From: Verrucomicrobiia bacterium
GTDB taxonomy: Bacteria > Verrucomicrobiota > Verrucomicrobiia > Palsa-1439
NCBI GenBank assembly: GCA_050010195.1
Contig: JBEKLM010000001.1
Coordinates: 65,045-129,044 of the forward strand
Length of the DNA: 64,000 nt
Direction of reading: 5' to 3'
In this document: piece by piece, positions 27,781 to 38,300 of the stretch
How the letters are laid out: each line of letters starts with the position of its first letter
How positions within the stretch are numbered: position 1 is the stretch's first letter
Translations under genes and position numbers: made by a program
Notes under the pieces: generated by a model
The model's database searches: none
Told to the model about the DNA's origin: nothing
Seen by the model: the letters and a program-made list of their open reading frames with translations, nothing else

Positions 27781-28806
27781 ATGATCATCGTGTTAAAGCC
27801 GGGAACCAGTGAACAGGATGTCCAGCAGGTCGCGGACGCGGTGAAGAAGTTCAATTACGAGCCCCGCCTGATTCGCGGCGTGGAGCGCACCGTCGTCGCT
27901 TGCATCGGCGATGAACGCAACCATCACACCCTCGAATCCCTCATCGTGTTGCCGCAGGTCGAGAGCGTCACTCCCATTCAGAAGAAGTACAAACTCGTCA
28001 GCCGCGAATACCAGGGACGCGATACCGTGCTCGACGTGGCCGGACTCAAAATCGGCGGCGGCACGTTCCACGTGGTGGCGGGCCCGTGCTCGGTGGAAAA
28101 CCAGACGCAAACTTTGGAAACCGCGAAAGCGGTGAAGTCGTACGGCGCGACACTCTTTCGTGGTGGCGCATTCAAGCCGCGCACGTCGCCGTACGACTTC
28201 CAGGGATTGGGCCGCGAGGGGCTTGAGATGTTGAAGCAGGCCCGCGCGGCCACGGGATTGCCCATCGTGACCGAAGTGATGTCGCCGCAAGACGTGGAAA
28301 TGGTGGCGTCTTACGCCGACATTCTGCAGATCGGGGCGCGCAACGCCCAAAATGTCCCGTTGCTGGCCGAGGTCGCGGCGTCGGGCAAGGTCATCCTGCT
28401 CAAACGCGGGGTGTCCGGGTTGATCGACGAATGGCTGCTGGCCGCCGAGTACATCTGCGTGCATGGCAACAGCAAAGTGATCCTCTGCGAGCGGGGTATC
28501 CGCACGTTCGAGCACGCCTGCCGCAACACGCTCGATCTCAGCGCGGTCGCGGTCGCCAAAAAGGAAACGCACCTGCCGGTGTTCGTGGACCCGAGCCATG
28601 CGGCGGGCCGATTCGACATGGTGATCCCGCTCGCTCGCGCCGCCGTTGCGGTGGGCGCGGACGGTTTGCTGGTGGAAGTCCATCCCGATCCGGCTGCGGC
28701 ACTTAGTGACGGGGGCCAGCAGCTCAAACCCAAGCAGTTCGGCCAGTTGATGGCGGAAATTCGCCCCATTGTCGAAGTGATGGGCAAACAGTTGGGCGGC
28801 GCTTAG
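27781..28806 (+). CDS. 3-deoxy-7-phosphoheptulonate (DAHP) synthase, type I-beta with N-terminal ACT/ferredoxin-like regulatory domain
   Basis: Strong SD aaggagcaaaggaATG. N-terminal MIIVLKPGTSEQDVQQVADAVKKF regulatory domain. KDO8P/DAHP synthase barrel motifs (KPRTSPYDFQG, GARNAQN, VDPSHA). Confidence 0.9.
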   Translation: MIIVLKPGTSEQDVQQVADAVKKFNYEPRLIRGVERTVVACIGDERNHHTLESLIVLPQVESVTPIQKKYKLVSREYQGRDTVLDVAGLKIGGGTFHVVAGPCSVENQTQTLETAKAVKSYGATLFRGGAFKPRTSPYDFQGLGREGLEMLKQARAATGLPIVTEVMSPQDVEMVASYADILQIGARNAQNVPLLAEVAASGKVILLKRGVSGLIDEWLLAAEYICVHGNSKVILCERGIRTFEHACRNTLDLSAVAVAKKETHLPVFVDPSHAAGRFDMVIPLARAAVAVGADGLLVEVHPDPAAALSDGGQQLKPKQFGQLMAEIRPIVEVMGKQLGGA

Positions 28807-28829
28807 CAGCCGTTGAAAAGTGGTGTAGC

Positions 28830-28860
28830 GGCGCTTCTGTGAAGCGCCAAGCCGTTTGTC
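28830..28860 (+). terminator. Candidate terminator hairpin after DAHP synthase (ggcgcttc-tgt-gaagcgcc followed by weak T-rich tract)
   Basis: 8-bp stem 28830-28837/28841-28848 then aagccgtttgtctctt. The U-tract is imperfect. Confidence 0.3.
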
Positions 28861-28909
28861 TCTTGGGAAATTCTGTGGCTCACAAAGCCACCGCTACAAC
28901 GGAACTTTG

Positions 28910-31300
28910 TCAGCCGTTGTGTGAGTCTTGGGACCATTTGCCGAGACACAGCCAGGCGGTTATCGCGATGCTGATGATGCTGATCGCAGCACCCAGCTTC
29001 AATGCGGGCGGCGAGAAGCTCACGACAATCCGCCCGGCGCCCGCTTGGGGAATTACGAGGCCTTGGAAGGCGCCGAAGACTTCGATCAGCTTTATACGTT
29101 TATCGTTCGGCACCCAGCCGGGGTAGAATGCTTGGGAAACGAACACGATACCGGGTCGGCTCACGCCGTAGGTGATCGAATAGCTCTCGGGCGTCAGGCT
29201 CTGGAATTGAACGGAGTCGTTATCGCCCGCTCCCGGGCTCGGCTCGTCCCCGCGTAACCCGTCGAATGAGAAGGGTTCGCTTACGGCCACCTCGCTGCGC
29301 CAATCAATATCGCCTCGTTCCAACGCGTCCAGGAGCGCGTTTCTCGAGTCGTAATGCCGGATGCGTGAAAAGAATCGCGCGCGCGGCAGCGAATTTGTGT
29401 ACGCGCCCAACCAGTCTTTGCCGTTTTCATCGCGTTCCATGGTGACCTGGATATTTTGAATGCCGATCTTGGCCGCCTGATTGGTCATGGCTTGAAATCT
29501 CGCAATGTTGTCCAGGTAAAAACTCGTGTAGCCTTCCGGGACTTCCAAATAGTCATGAAAATACGGCAGGTTGCGAAACGTGGCGATTTCCTCGCTAACC
29601 CGGCCCCGGACGATCTGGCCGAATCGAAATGGGCCGCGGTGTTCACGATAATCTTCCAGAAGCGTGAGGAGGCGATTGGTCTCGGGGTAACACTCATCCG
29701 GATTGGCGTTGCCGCGATGAAAACCTTCATACGCGTAACAAAAATCGGCTGCGGCAACCAGCAACAGGCTGTACAGGCATATGGTTTGGAACACCCAGCG
29801 CTTCGGATTGCGAATCGCCCCCAGGATCGCCAGCGCACACAGGATCGCCAAGAGCAAGGCAATCAGTGTTTCATGCCTGGACCAGGCCAGCCGGTCAAAG
29901 CTCCGCAATCGGCCGCCCAGGTGTCCATCGCCCGCGTAGAGCACCGCCGCCAGACAGCCGTAGCCGGCCGGAAAAAGCAATGCTGGCCACAAGCGCAACT
30001 GCGGCGCTCGACGACGAAGGAGGTCGACCGCGTACGCGCAGGCAGTCGCCGCGGCAAACGTGGCAACACACGCCATCCTCGCAGGGACGCGGAAAAGCGT
30101 CACGCCCGGAAGACACCAATACAGGACCTGATACAAGCCGCCATATCGACCCATCATGAACCACGTGGCCATGACCCAGGTCGTCAGGAAAAACCCGATC
30201 CCCCGCTTGTCTTCGATCCTCCGCCAATTGAAAAGAATCAGAAGAAGAGCCAGCCAGAAGATTTGTCCGGAGTAGGCGCCGAATTCCCAGTACTGCCAAA
30301 AGCCGGGTCCGCCATGTACAGAACGGTTGAGCATAACGGTTTGGCTATGCCGATCAAAGCCCCAGAACGGATGGGGAGACGTGAACGACCGCGAGACTCC
30401 GAAGAAATTGGGCACGAATAGCGTCAGCAATTGATCGTACGGCAACGAGGAGTCAGCCAACGCTTCAAAGGACCGGCTCGGTCGGGCCGTCCGCCACCAA
30501 TTCTCGGCCCCCGGCACCACCATGATACCGGCCAGTCCGAAGACGAGCACGAACGTACCGACAATTCTCGGCACGTCCCTTCCGGCGACTTGGCGGGCAG
30601 CCATGCGGGCGCTGGAACCTTCCTCACGGCGAACGCCGTAGCAGCGATACAACCAGTAGGCGGTCACCAGATACCAACAGTAGAGCGTCACCTGTGGGAA
30701 TCCTGCCAGCACGGACGCTACCGTGGCACCCACGAGCCCGAGCCAGGACAACCGCCTCCGGTCACTCGTGAGGCGGTGGACAAAAAGCAGTTGGAGTGGA
30801 AGCCACGCAAATGCCTGAAACATCGTGAAGCTCGCGATTCGCAGTGAAGAAAAGCCGGAGAAACAGAACACGAGCGCACCGGTGACCGCCGCGATCGGAC
30901 TGAACTTCAGCCGCTTGAGAAAGGCGTACAGGAACAGACCGCCTAACAGGTAATGCAATACGATATACCTCTGGTAGGCGACGAACGGCAATCGTCCATT
31001 GTGAACAAAAGGAATCAGGAGCCATTGCGCCGGATAGAACCCGCCCACCTGAATGTCCGAGTAAAAGGGCGACCCGTCGCGGACCCCGGGGAACCAAAGC
31101 GGCAGCCGCCCCCCTTGGACCGATTTGGCGAAATAATTCACGCCCGGATAAAACTGCGTCAGGGTGTCGTCCCAGATGAAACATCGTCCGTTCAGAAAAC
31201 CCCAGTAAAAGACGCCCAGAAATGCGGCCAGAAAAGCCACGGCGCAAGCATCGGGCGCCAGCCGCCTCAGGCGCGGAGCGTTGAGAAGTTTCCCCTCCAT
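28910..31300 (-). CDS. YfhO-family large polytopic membrane protein (glycosyltransferase-like)
   Basis: ~800 aa, >12 TM segments, with conserved N-terminal region FIWDDTLTQFYPGVNYF… typical of YfhO. Start MEGKLLNAP at revcomp ATG 31298-31300. Confidence 0.65.
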   Translation of the reverse strand: MEGKLLNAPRLRRLAPDACAVAFLAAFLGVFYWGFLNGRCFIWDDTLTQFYPGVNYFAKSVQGGRLPLWFPGVRDGSPFYSDIQVGGFYPAQWLLIPFVHNGRLPFVAYQRYIVLHYLLGGLFLYAFLKRLKFSPIAAVTGALVFCFSGFSSLRIASFTMFQAFAWLPLQLLFVHRLTSDRRRLSWLGLVGATVASVLAGFPQVTLYCWYLVTAYWLYRCYGVRREEGSSARMAARQVAGRDVPRIVGTFVLVFGLAGIMVVPGAENWWRTARPSRSFEALADSSLPYDQLLTLFVPNFFGVSRSFTSPHPFWGFDRHSQTVMLNRSVHGGPGFWQYWEFGAYSGQIFWLALLLILFNWRRIEDKRGIGFFLTTWVMATWFMMGRYGGLYQVLYWCLPGVTLFRVPARMACVATFAAATACAYAVDLLRRRAPQLRLWPALLFPAGYGCLAAVLYAGDGHLGGRLRSFDRLAWSRHETLIALLLAILCALAILGAIRNPKRWVFQTICLYSLLLVAAADFCYAYEGFHRGNANPDECYPETNRLLTLLEDYREHRGPFRFGQIVRGRVSEEIATFRNLPYFHDYLEVPEGYTSFYLDNIARFQAMTNQAAKIGIQNIQVTMERDENGKDWLGAYTNSLPRARFFSRIRHYDSRNALLDALERGDIDWRSEVAVSEPFSFDGLRGDEPSPGAGDNDSVQFQSLTPESYSITYGVSRPGIVFVSQAFYPGWVPNDKRIKLIEVFGAFQGLVIPQAGAGRIVVSFSPPALKLGAAISIISIAITAWLCLGKWSQDSHNG

Positions 31301-31332
31301 AACAATGTTACGTGTGCCGCGGCCGGTGCGTC

Positions 31333-32445
31333 TCAGGCCCGCGCGACACGCCAGAGCAACCACAAGCCGAGGAATTCGAAAAGGAGATTGGGCGACCAGA
31401 GGATCGCTTCCGGGAACAGCGCGGGGCGGCTCTTGAGCGTGTTGGCCAGTATCATCACAAAGTAGAACACCAGCGCGAGCCCGATGCTGAAGGCGATCCC
31501 GACCGATGTCTCGCGGCGGCTGGTCTTGATCCCCAGAGGAATGCCGATCAGCGTAAACGCCAGGCAGGCGACCGCGCCGGCGACCCGTTGATGCGCCTCG
31601 ATAAGGGCCGCCGCAGGATAGATGCCGTGCGCGCGCAAATCCCGAATCTCGCCGATCAACTCGGAAAACACAAGGTCCCCCAATTGCCGCGTCGCCCGCG
31701 CCTGCCGCAGGGCGCGGCTCAGGTCCATCTCGATCGGGTAATGCTCGGCCGTGGTGTCAGGTCGAATCTTGTGGACGTTGGTGGGCTCCTTCGGATCGCG
31801 CAAGTCACCGCGGACATTGTACAGGTCGAGCAGGAGTTTGCGTTCCTCGGGCTTCGAGGAAACGATCCCCTTTTGCGCGCGCAGGCTGGACGCGACGTTG
31901 TTGCTCTCATCGAGCGTGTAAATCATCACGTCTTCAATGATATTTCCCTTCTTCTTGCCGGCGTAGATCACGAAGCCGGGGAAATCCTTGATATAGGTGC
32001 CTTCCTCGATCAACGCCATGGGGCGTTCCGAGCCGAGCCGCACAAACAGCGTCTTGAACTCGAACCGGCACCACGGGGCGAGGTTGGCGTTGATGTACAG
32101 ACAGCACACGCTCGCCACCGCGCCGAGCAGGATGACCGGCGCCACGACCTGCCCGAGGCTCATCCCGCTGGCGCGCATGGTGGTGACCTCGTTGTCGGCG
32201 CTCATCCGCCCGAAAATCAGTATCGCCGTCGCCAACATCGCCATCGGCAGGGAGAGACTCAGGACGTTCGGCGTCATCAACAGCACGAAGTATCCGACCA
32301 CTTCCAGGCCAACTTTCTGGTTCACCAACATGTCGCTGAGTTGCTTGAGGATGCGGGCCAGCAGCAGCACGAAGGTGCAGACACCAATGGTCAAAAGCAG
32401 CGTGATGACCGCTTGCCGTGTGATATACTTGGCGAGGATTTTCAT
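31333..32445 (-). CDS. LPS export ABC transporter permease (LptF/LptG, YjgP/YjgQ family)
   Basis: MKILAKYITRQAVITLLLTIGVCTFVLLLARIL… N-terminus, 6 TM + periplasmic beta-jellyroll region; 370 aa. Confidence 0.75.
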   Translation of the reverse strand: MKILAKYITRQAVITLLLTIGVCTFVLLLARILKQLSDMLVNQKVGLEVVGYFVLLMTPNVLSLSLPMAMLATAILIFGRMSADNEVTTMRASGMSLGQVVAPVILLGAVASVCCLYINANLAPWCRFEFKTLFVRLGSERPMALIEEGTYIKDFPGFVIYAGKKKGNIIEDVMIYTLDESNNVASSLRAQKGIVSSKPEERKLLLDLYNVRGDLRDPKEPTNVHKIRPDTTAEHYPIEMDLSRALRQARATRQLGDLVFSELIGEIRDLRAHGIYPAAALIEAHQRVAGAVACLAFTLIGIPLGIKTSRRETSVGIAFSIGLALVFYFVMILANTLKSRPALFPEAILWSPNLLFEFLGLWLLWRVARA

Positions 32446-32450
32446 TCGCT

Positions 32451-35345
32451 GTGAGTACGACTAGCAATTTTTCCGCGTCAATGCCACGCAAAATCCACGT
32501 GGGCTCGTTTCAACCCGTGTTGGAGGCCGCCATGGCGGACGAGGTTTCCGCTCGGAAGAAGTCGCGCGGTGCGCTGACCGCTCTGACGATTATTGTGCGG
32601 TCACGCCTGCTGGGCCTTCATCTTCAACGGACGCTCGCCCGAATGCTCCCCAACGGTCACGTCAATTTGCGGTTTCACGTCTTGGAAGACCTTTTGCCGA
32701 AAGCGCGTCAGGCCCCCCGACTCGGTCTTGAGCTTCTTTGTGACAAGATCGCCCGAAATGAAATCTCCGCCAATGGTTATTTCGCTCCCATTCGCGACAC
32801 CAAAGGCTTTCGCAATTCGTTGTTGGAGACGTTCAAGGATCTCGAACAAGCCGGCGTTTCGCCGGGGTCATTCCGTAAAGCTGCCGGCAAGTCCGGCAAG
32901 CTGTCCGAATTGTCGGCCGCCTACTCGGCGTACCGCGACTGGCTGGCCGACCACGGTTTCGTCACGGAATCCAGCTTGTATCAGAGTGCGCCCGTACTGA
33001 ATTTGAATTCGGAAATATTTCTGTATGGCTTCTACGATCTTACGGCCGCCCAAAAACAGTTCGTGCGGAAACTTTCCCCCTCGACCGTGTTCTTTCCGTC
33101 AGCTTCACACAACGCCTATTCTGAGCCGCTCTTGGATTGGTTCCGAGCGCAGGACTACAAGTCCGCTCTGACTTCTCTCCGGAGGAAGCCCAAACCCGCG
33201 ACGATTCTCTCGTGCCCGGGCGAGACAAGTGAAGTGCAGGAGGCCGTGCGCGAAGCGCTCGCGTTCGTGGCGGCAGAGGGTCGCTCCTTTAACGATGTCG
33301 CAATCCTCTGCCGAAGCCGGGAACAATACGACGCGATCCTGCGTGACACGCTCGCCAGCCTCGGAATCAGAGCGTACTTCCGCGGTGGCCGCCCGCTGTC
33401 TGAACAACCAGATGCCCGCCTTTTGTCATTGCTGCTGGCCACGGTCCGCTCCGACTTTAGCCGCGCGTCCGTGATGGAGTTGGCCTGTCACACCGACTCG
33501 CGCTCGCACTGGGACGCGCTCTCGGTGCAACTCGGCATCGTGGGTGGCCAACAGCAGTGGATCGAACGTCTCGAAGCCGCCTCGTGCAGTTCTGACAAAG
33601 AACAACGGGAGGCAAATGAGGGACGACATCGCGAGCGATGGCATCGTGATGCCGAACAGGTGCTGGCGTTTGTCAGGAAACTGATGTCGCTTCTCGGTGG
33701 GCTGCCCGGCGAAGCGATATGGAGTGAGTATGGCGCCACGCTCGTCACCGCGTTCCGTGGATTGGGTGGTAAGAGCGAAGCTGTCGTCGATTGTATCCAC
33801 GTGTTGGCCGAGTTGGAGGAGTTTCAGCCGCGTGTGACGTTCGAGACGTTTGCTGATTACTGTTGGAAAGCGGTCGAAGCATCTTCCGACCAACCCGAGC
33901 AATTCCAGGGTGGGGGGATCTTCGTCGGCGACGTCATGAGCGCCCGCGGCTTGTCGTGGCCGCTGGTCATCCTGCTTGGTCTCGTGGAGAAGAGTTTTCC
34001 GCGCGTCATCCGCGAAGATCCGCTCCTGACCGATGAGGAACGCGCCCGCATCAGTCCGGACCTGTCCCGCAAGCTCGATGGGCATGAGGAGGAACGGCTC
34101 TTGTTCTCGCTCACCACGGAGGCGGCGCGTGAGAAACTCGTGCTTGCCTATCCGCGGTTGGAACCATCGACATCGCGTCCGCGCATGGCCTCGTTTCTGT
34201 TGCTGGAATACGCCGGCGCGAACAACTTCCGGGCGCTCGACGAACGCGCCGTCAAGATTCCACTATCGCCAGTGCGTACAGTTGCCGAGCCACTGAACGA
34301 GCGCGAGTTTGATTTGGCAGGACTCATGTCGGTCGCAGACAAGCACAGCTACCTCGGCCAAATATCAGGCTTATTGGCTGAAGGCGTTAACAATGCCGGC
34401 ATGCGCTGGCGCGAGCGCGCGCTCACCCCATACGATGGTCTGCTGGGCAGCGCCAATGCGCGGGAGGTTCTCCGCGAGCGTTTCGGTCTGGACAAACTCG
34501 TGATAAGCGCCACTTCGCTGGAGGATTTCTTCGGTTGCCCATTCTACTATTTCCAAAAGCATGTCCTCGGCATCGAGCGATGGGAAGAGCCCGAGGCGGC
34601 GCTTTCGATCGATGCGATGGATCTCGGTTCGCTCTACCACGCGATCCTGGAGGACTATTACCGGTCGCGCGGCAACAACATCGCGACGGTTGCCGAAAGA
34701 CATTTCAACGAGTTTCAGCGCCGCGGCGTGACCGGCTATCCAACGGTCTGGGAGGTCAAGAAGCAGATCATTATCGAGGAACTGGACGCGTTCATCGAGC
34801 GCGATCGGAATGCATCCGTTGGTTGGCGCCCAACGGACTTCGAAAGAGAATTTCGCAGCATCGCCGCGGCCCCGCCTGTGCGATTGCGTGGCACGATCGA
34901 TCGCATCGATCGGAGCGACGACGGCGGGCGCGCGCGAGTGCTGGACTACAAGACGGGCCGGTTGCCGCGCAACATCCGAGACGACTCGCTCACGGGCGGC
35001 GAAGCGTTGCAATTACCATTGTACATTCTCGCGGCGGAAAGCCTGCTGCCGAAGGTCAGGGTCGACTCGGCCAGCTACCTTTACTTCACCCTGCGCGGGG
35101 AATATCGAACGGTCACCTTTACCCACGAGGCGCTGGACGATCAACGTCCGGCATTGTCCAACCTGCTCGACACCGCCGCCAGTATGATTCGCGATGGTGT
35201 GTTCGCGCAGTACGCCACCGCCGAAGGCTGCCGTCAGTGCGATTACCGCGCGATCTGCGGCAACGGCATCCTGAAACTGTATGAACGGAAGCGTGATGAC
35301 GCTCGGATGGAAGTGTTCCGGTCAATCAAGGAGAACGTGAAATGA
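32451..35345 (+). CDS. AddB/RexB-like helicase-nuclease subunit B (inactive helicase-like N-terminus, C-terminal PD-(D/E)XK nuclease with Fe-S cysteines)
   Basis: C-terminal nuclease motifs GTIDRIDRSDDGGRARVLDYKTG and cysteine cluster CRQCDYRAIC (plus an upstream Cys); operonic with addA (ATGA overlap). Confidence 0.7.
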   Translation: MSTTSNFSASMPRKIHVGSFQPVLEAAMADEVSARKKSRGALTALTIIVRSRLLGLHLQRTLARMLPNGHVNLRFHVLEDLLPKARQAPRLGLELLCDKIARNEISANGYFAPIRDTKGFRNSLLETFKDLEQAGVSPGSFRKAAGKSGKLSELSAAYSAYRDWLADHGFVTESSLYQSAPVLNLNSEIFLYGFYDLTAAQKQFVRKLSPSTVFFPSASHNAYSEPLLDWFRAQDYKSALTSLRRKPKPATILSCPGETSEVQEAVREALAFVAAEGRSFNDVAILCRSREQYDAILRDTLASLGIRAYFRGGRPLSEQPDARLLSLLLATVRSDFSRASVMELACHTDSRSHWDALSVQLGIVGGQQQWIERLEAASCSSDKEQREANEGRHRERWHRDAEQVLAFVRKLMSLLGGLPGEAIWSEYGATLVTAFRGLGGKSEAVVDCIHVLAELEEFQPRVTFETFADYCWKAVEASSDQPEQFQGGGIFVGDVMSARGLSWPLVILLGLVEKSFPRVIREDPLLTDEERARISPDLSRKLDGHEEERLLFSLTTEAAREKLVLAYPRLEPSTSRPRMASFLLLEYAGANNFRALDERAVKIPLSPVRTVAEPLNEREFDLAGLMSVADKHSYLGQISGLLAEGVNNAGMRWRERALTPYDGLLGSANAREVLRERFGLDKLVISATSLEDFFGCPFYYFQKHVLGIERWEEPEAALSIDAMDLGSLYHAILEDYYRSRGNNIATVAERHFNEFQRRGVTGYPTVWEVKKQIIIEELDAFIERDRNASVGWRPTDFEREFRSIAAAPPVRLRGTIDRIDRSDDGGRARVLDYKTGRLPRNIRDDSLTGGEALQLPLYILAAESLLPKVRVDSASYLYFTLRGEYRTVTFTHEALDDQRPALSNLLDTAASMIRDGVFAQYATAEGCRQCDYRAICGNGILKLYERKRDDARMEVFRSIKENVK

Positions 35346-38300
35346 CGCGGCCGGTCGACCATGCGGCGCGCGAAAGCGCAGCGAACGATTTGGATGCGAC
35401 GTTGTTCATCGAGGCGGCAGCGGGCACGGGCAAAACCACCGCGCTGGTAGCGCGCATCCTGTCGGCCGTAAGCAAGGGTCGCGCGCGGCTCCGCGAGATC
35501 GTCGCGATCACGTTTACCGAGAAGGCCGCAGGGGAATTGAAGTTGCGGTTGCGCGAGAAACTCGAAGAGACCCTCAAGGGCGACAAGCTCGCGGAAGCCT
35601 GGAGCGATCTGGAGCGGGCGCATATCACCACGATCCATTCCTTCTGTGCGTGGGTTCTGCGGGAGCGCCCGGTGGAAGCCGTGGTGGACCCGCAGTTTGT
35701 GGTCGCCGATGAATTGCAGCGGCAACTCCTGTTCGAAGAGGCATGGGAAGGATGGTTGGAAGCCGAGTTGGCGAAGAATCCGTCAGCGTTACGACAGGCC
35801 TTGATGCGCGGCGTGGAACTGGAAAAGCTTCCCGAATTGGTGGCGCTGCTGGTCGATCATCGCGACCGCCTCGCAGTCGCGAAGCTGCCGGTGCCCGTGC
35901 CATTGGACGTTGCCAAAGCGGTGGCGGAATTGAAATCGTCCGCGCCGGCATTGGAGCGATGTCTGAAACATTTTGTGGAACGCAAGGAGAAGACGTATCT
36001 CCGTGCGCGGACTTTGCTCGATACACTGCCGGCGTTGGAACGGGCCTCGATCGAGCGCCAGGTCGCGGTGCTTCGGTCCCTGGAGATGATCACGCCACGG
36101 GCGATGGCGCATTTTGACGGCGAAGCAGCATTCCACGAGATGAAGGACGTGGTGAAGAACCTGAAATCGTTGCTGGAAGATTTCAACACCGCGGCTGACC
36201 ACAACCTTCTTGTCGAATTGGTCACATGGCTACGCGGGTTCATTAATCATTTTCAAAAGGTCAAACACGAACGGGCCATACTCGATTTTGACGATCTCCT
36301 GGTGAAAGCGCGCGACTTGCTCCGTGACCGCACAGAGGTCAGAAACGATTTGCAGCGGCGGTTCAAGTTTGTGCTCGTGGATGAATTTCAGGACACCGAT
36401 CCTGTGCAAACCGAGTTGGTGCTTCTGCTCGGCGAAGGTGCGTCGGGCAAGTTGTTCGTCGTCGGCGACCCCAAGCAAAGCATCTACGGATTTCGCCGCG
36501 CCGATATCGAGATGTACGCTGGTACCCGTAATCAGATCGAGCAAACGGGAAAGACGCTGACCTTTCAGCAAAATTTCCGAAGTAAGTCCACGATTCTCGA
36601 TTGGGTGAACGAGGTGTTTTCAAAGATTCTTGTCAAGCCCGAGCACGGCAATTATCAGCCAGAATATATTGCACTGAAACCCCGGCCAGATCTGAAGACC
36701 ACGGAAGCGGCGGTGACACTGCTTCGGCCGAAGCAGTTTCTCAAGGCGACGGCGGACGAATTGCGGCGTGTCGAAGCAGCGGCCGTCGCCCGCTACCTTT
36801 ACCAACAGGTGGCGACGGGCGCCTGCCAGTGGGGCGATGTGGCGCTGTTGTTCCGCAGTTTCACAGGAGTCGAGACATACAGCGATGTCCTGCACCAGCA
36901 CGGCGTACCCTGTCGCATCATCGGTGGGAAGGGGTACTATCAGCGGCAGGAAATCCAAACCTTGTCCTCTCTGCTCTCGTGTCTCGACAATCCAGCCGAT
37001 AAGCTCAATCTGGCGGCCACTTTGCGATCTCCATTGTTTGGTTGGGCAGATGAACTGGTGTTTCTGATCTCCCAGAAGTCGAAGTTGGACTACCTCGCCG
37101 ATGTCCCGGCCGACATGCCGGAACAGGCGAGATCGACATTCACTCTGCTGCGGGAATTACACAACCGTCGGCATGATTTCTCGGTTCCGGGCTACGTAGA
37201 CCACGTGTTCGCCCGTGCCAGGATCTGCGAAGCGTTTTTTGCCAGCCAACCCGATGGCGCCCAATGCGTGGCAAACCTGTTGAAGGCCCTCGAATTGGCT
37301 CGACAACTCGAAAGCCTAGGTCTGCGTTCGGTCCGCGCATTCGTGCGGCGGTTGCATGAGACGGTGTTGGGCGGCGTTGAGGAGGAACCGTCGCCGGCCA
37401 GTGAGGAGACGGACAACGTGGTGCGCATCCTGACCATGCACAAGGCGAAGGGCCTGGAATTTCCCGTGGTCGTGTTGGCTGACCTGGCAGGACGGTCTTC
37501 CGACGCGGGTGCAAAATTGTTGTTCCGCCCTGATGGTCGATGGGAATTGCGATTTGCCGGAATGCGAACGGCGGGTTTTGATGAAGCGGACCAGGAGCAG
37601 GGCAAGCGCGAGGAAGCGGAAGAAATCCGCCTGTTGTATGTCGCGGCGACCCGCGCCAAGGAGCGGCTGGTGATTCCGTGGTTCGCGGAGAAGGGAGGGC
37701 GGATCGATTTGTTGGCGCGCGGATTCAAGCCCGAGGCTGGCGCCTTGGTGGAGGCGCCAGATTTGGAATCGCTGGGCGCCTGGGGCGTCGAGGGTGGCAA
37801 GACAGAAGCAAGAACCACCCCGGTGAAACAGCTGGCCGATAGGCGGCGTGAATGGCAGGAGTCTCGCTCCAAATTGCTCGTGCGCGCGGCCAGGCCGTTC
37901 GCGCGTGTCAGTCCATCGAAACTGGCCACGGAGGCGGAACCACGTGACGACGAGCCGGTTGGCGCCGAGCGCGAGAAGGCGATGGACTTTGGAAGTGCCG
38001 TTCACGACGCGCTGGAAATCGTCGATCTGCAGGCAACCGCCGCGCAACAACGCGGGCAAATCGAGCAGTTCGTTGCGCAGACGGGTCTGAGTGATGGAAA
38101 CAAGCGCCGCGCGGTTGAACTGGTCAGCAACGCACTCGGTTCAGAGTTGCTGGCGCGCGCGCGACGCGCGGATCAGGTTTATCGCGAATTACCCTTTACC
38201 GAGGTCGTGGACGAAGGGTTGATGGAGGGAAAAATCGACCTGTTGTTCTGCGAGAATGGCCGGTGGGTGCTGGTCGATTACAAGACGGACGCGCGGGTGG

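Noticed and set aside
27793-28683. 296-aa minus-strand ORF opposite the DAHP synthase gene
   Set aside because: Shadow ORF; DAHP synthase on plus strand has a strong SD and family motifs.
29456-32464. Plus-strand ORFs 29456-30421, 30953-31465, 31312-32454 opposite YfhO and LptF/G
   Set aside because: Arg/Gln/His-rich, overlap confident membrane-protein genes on the minus strand.
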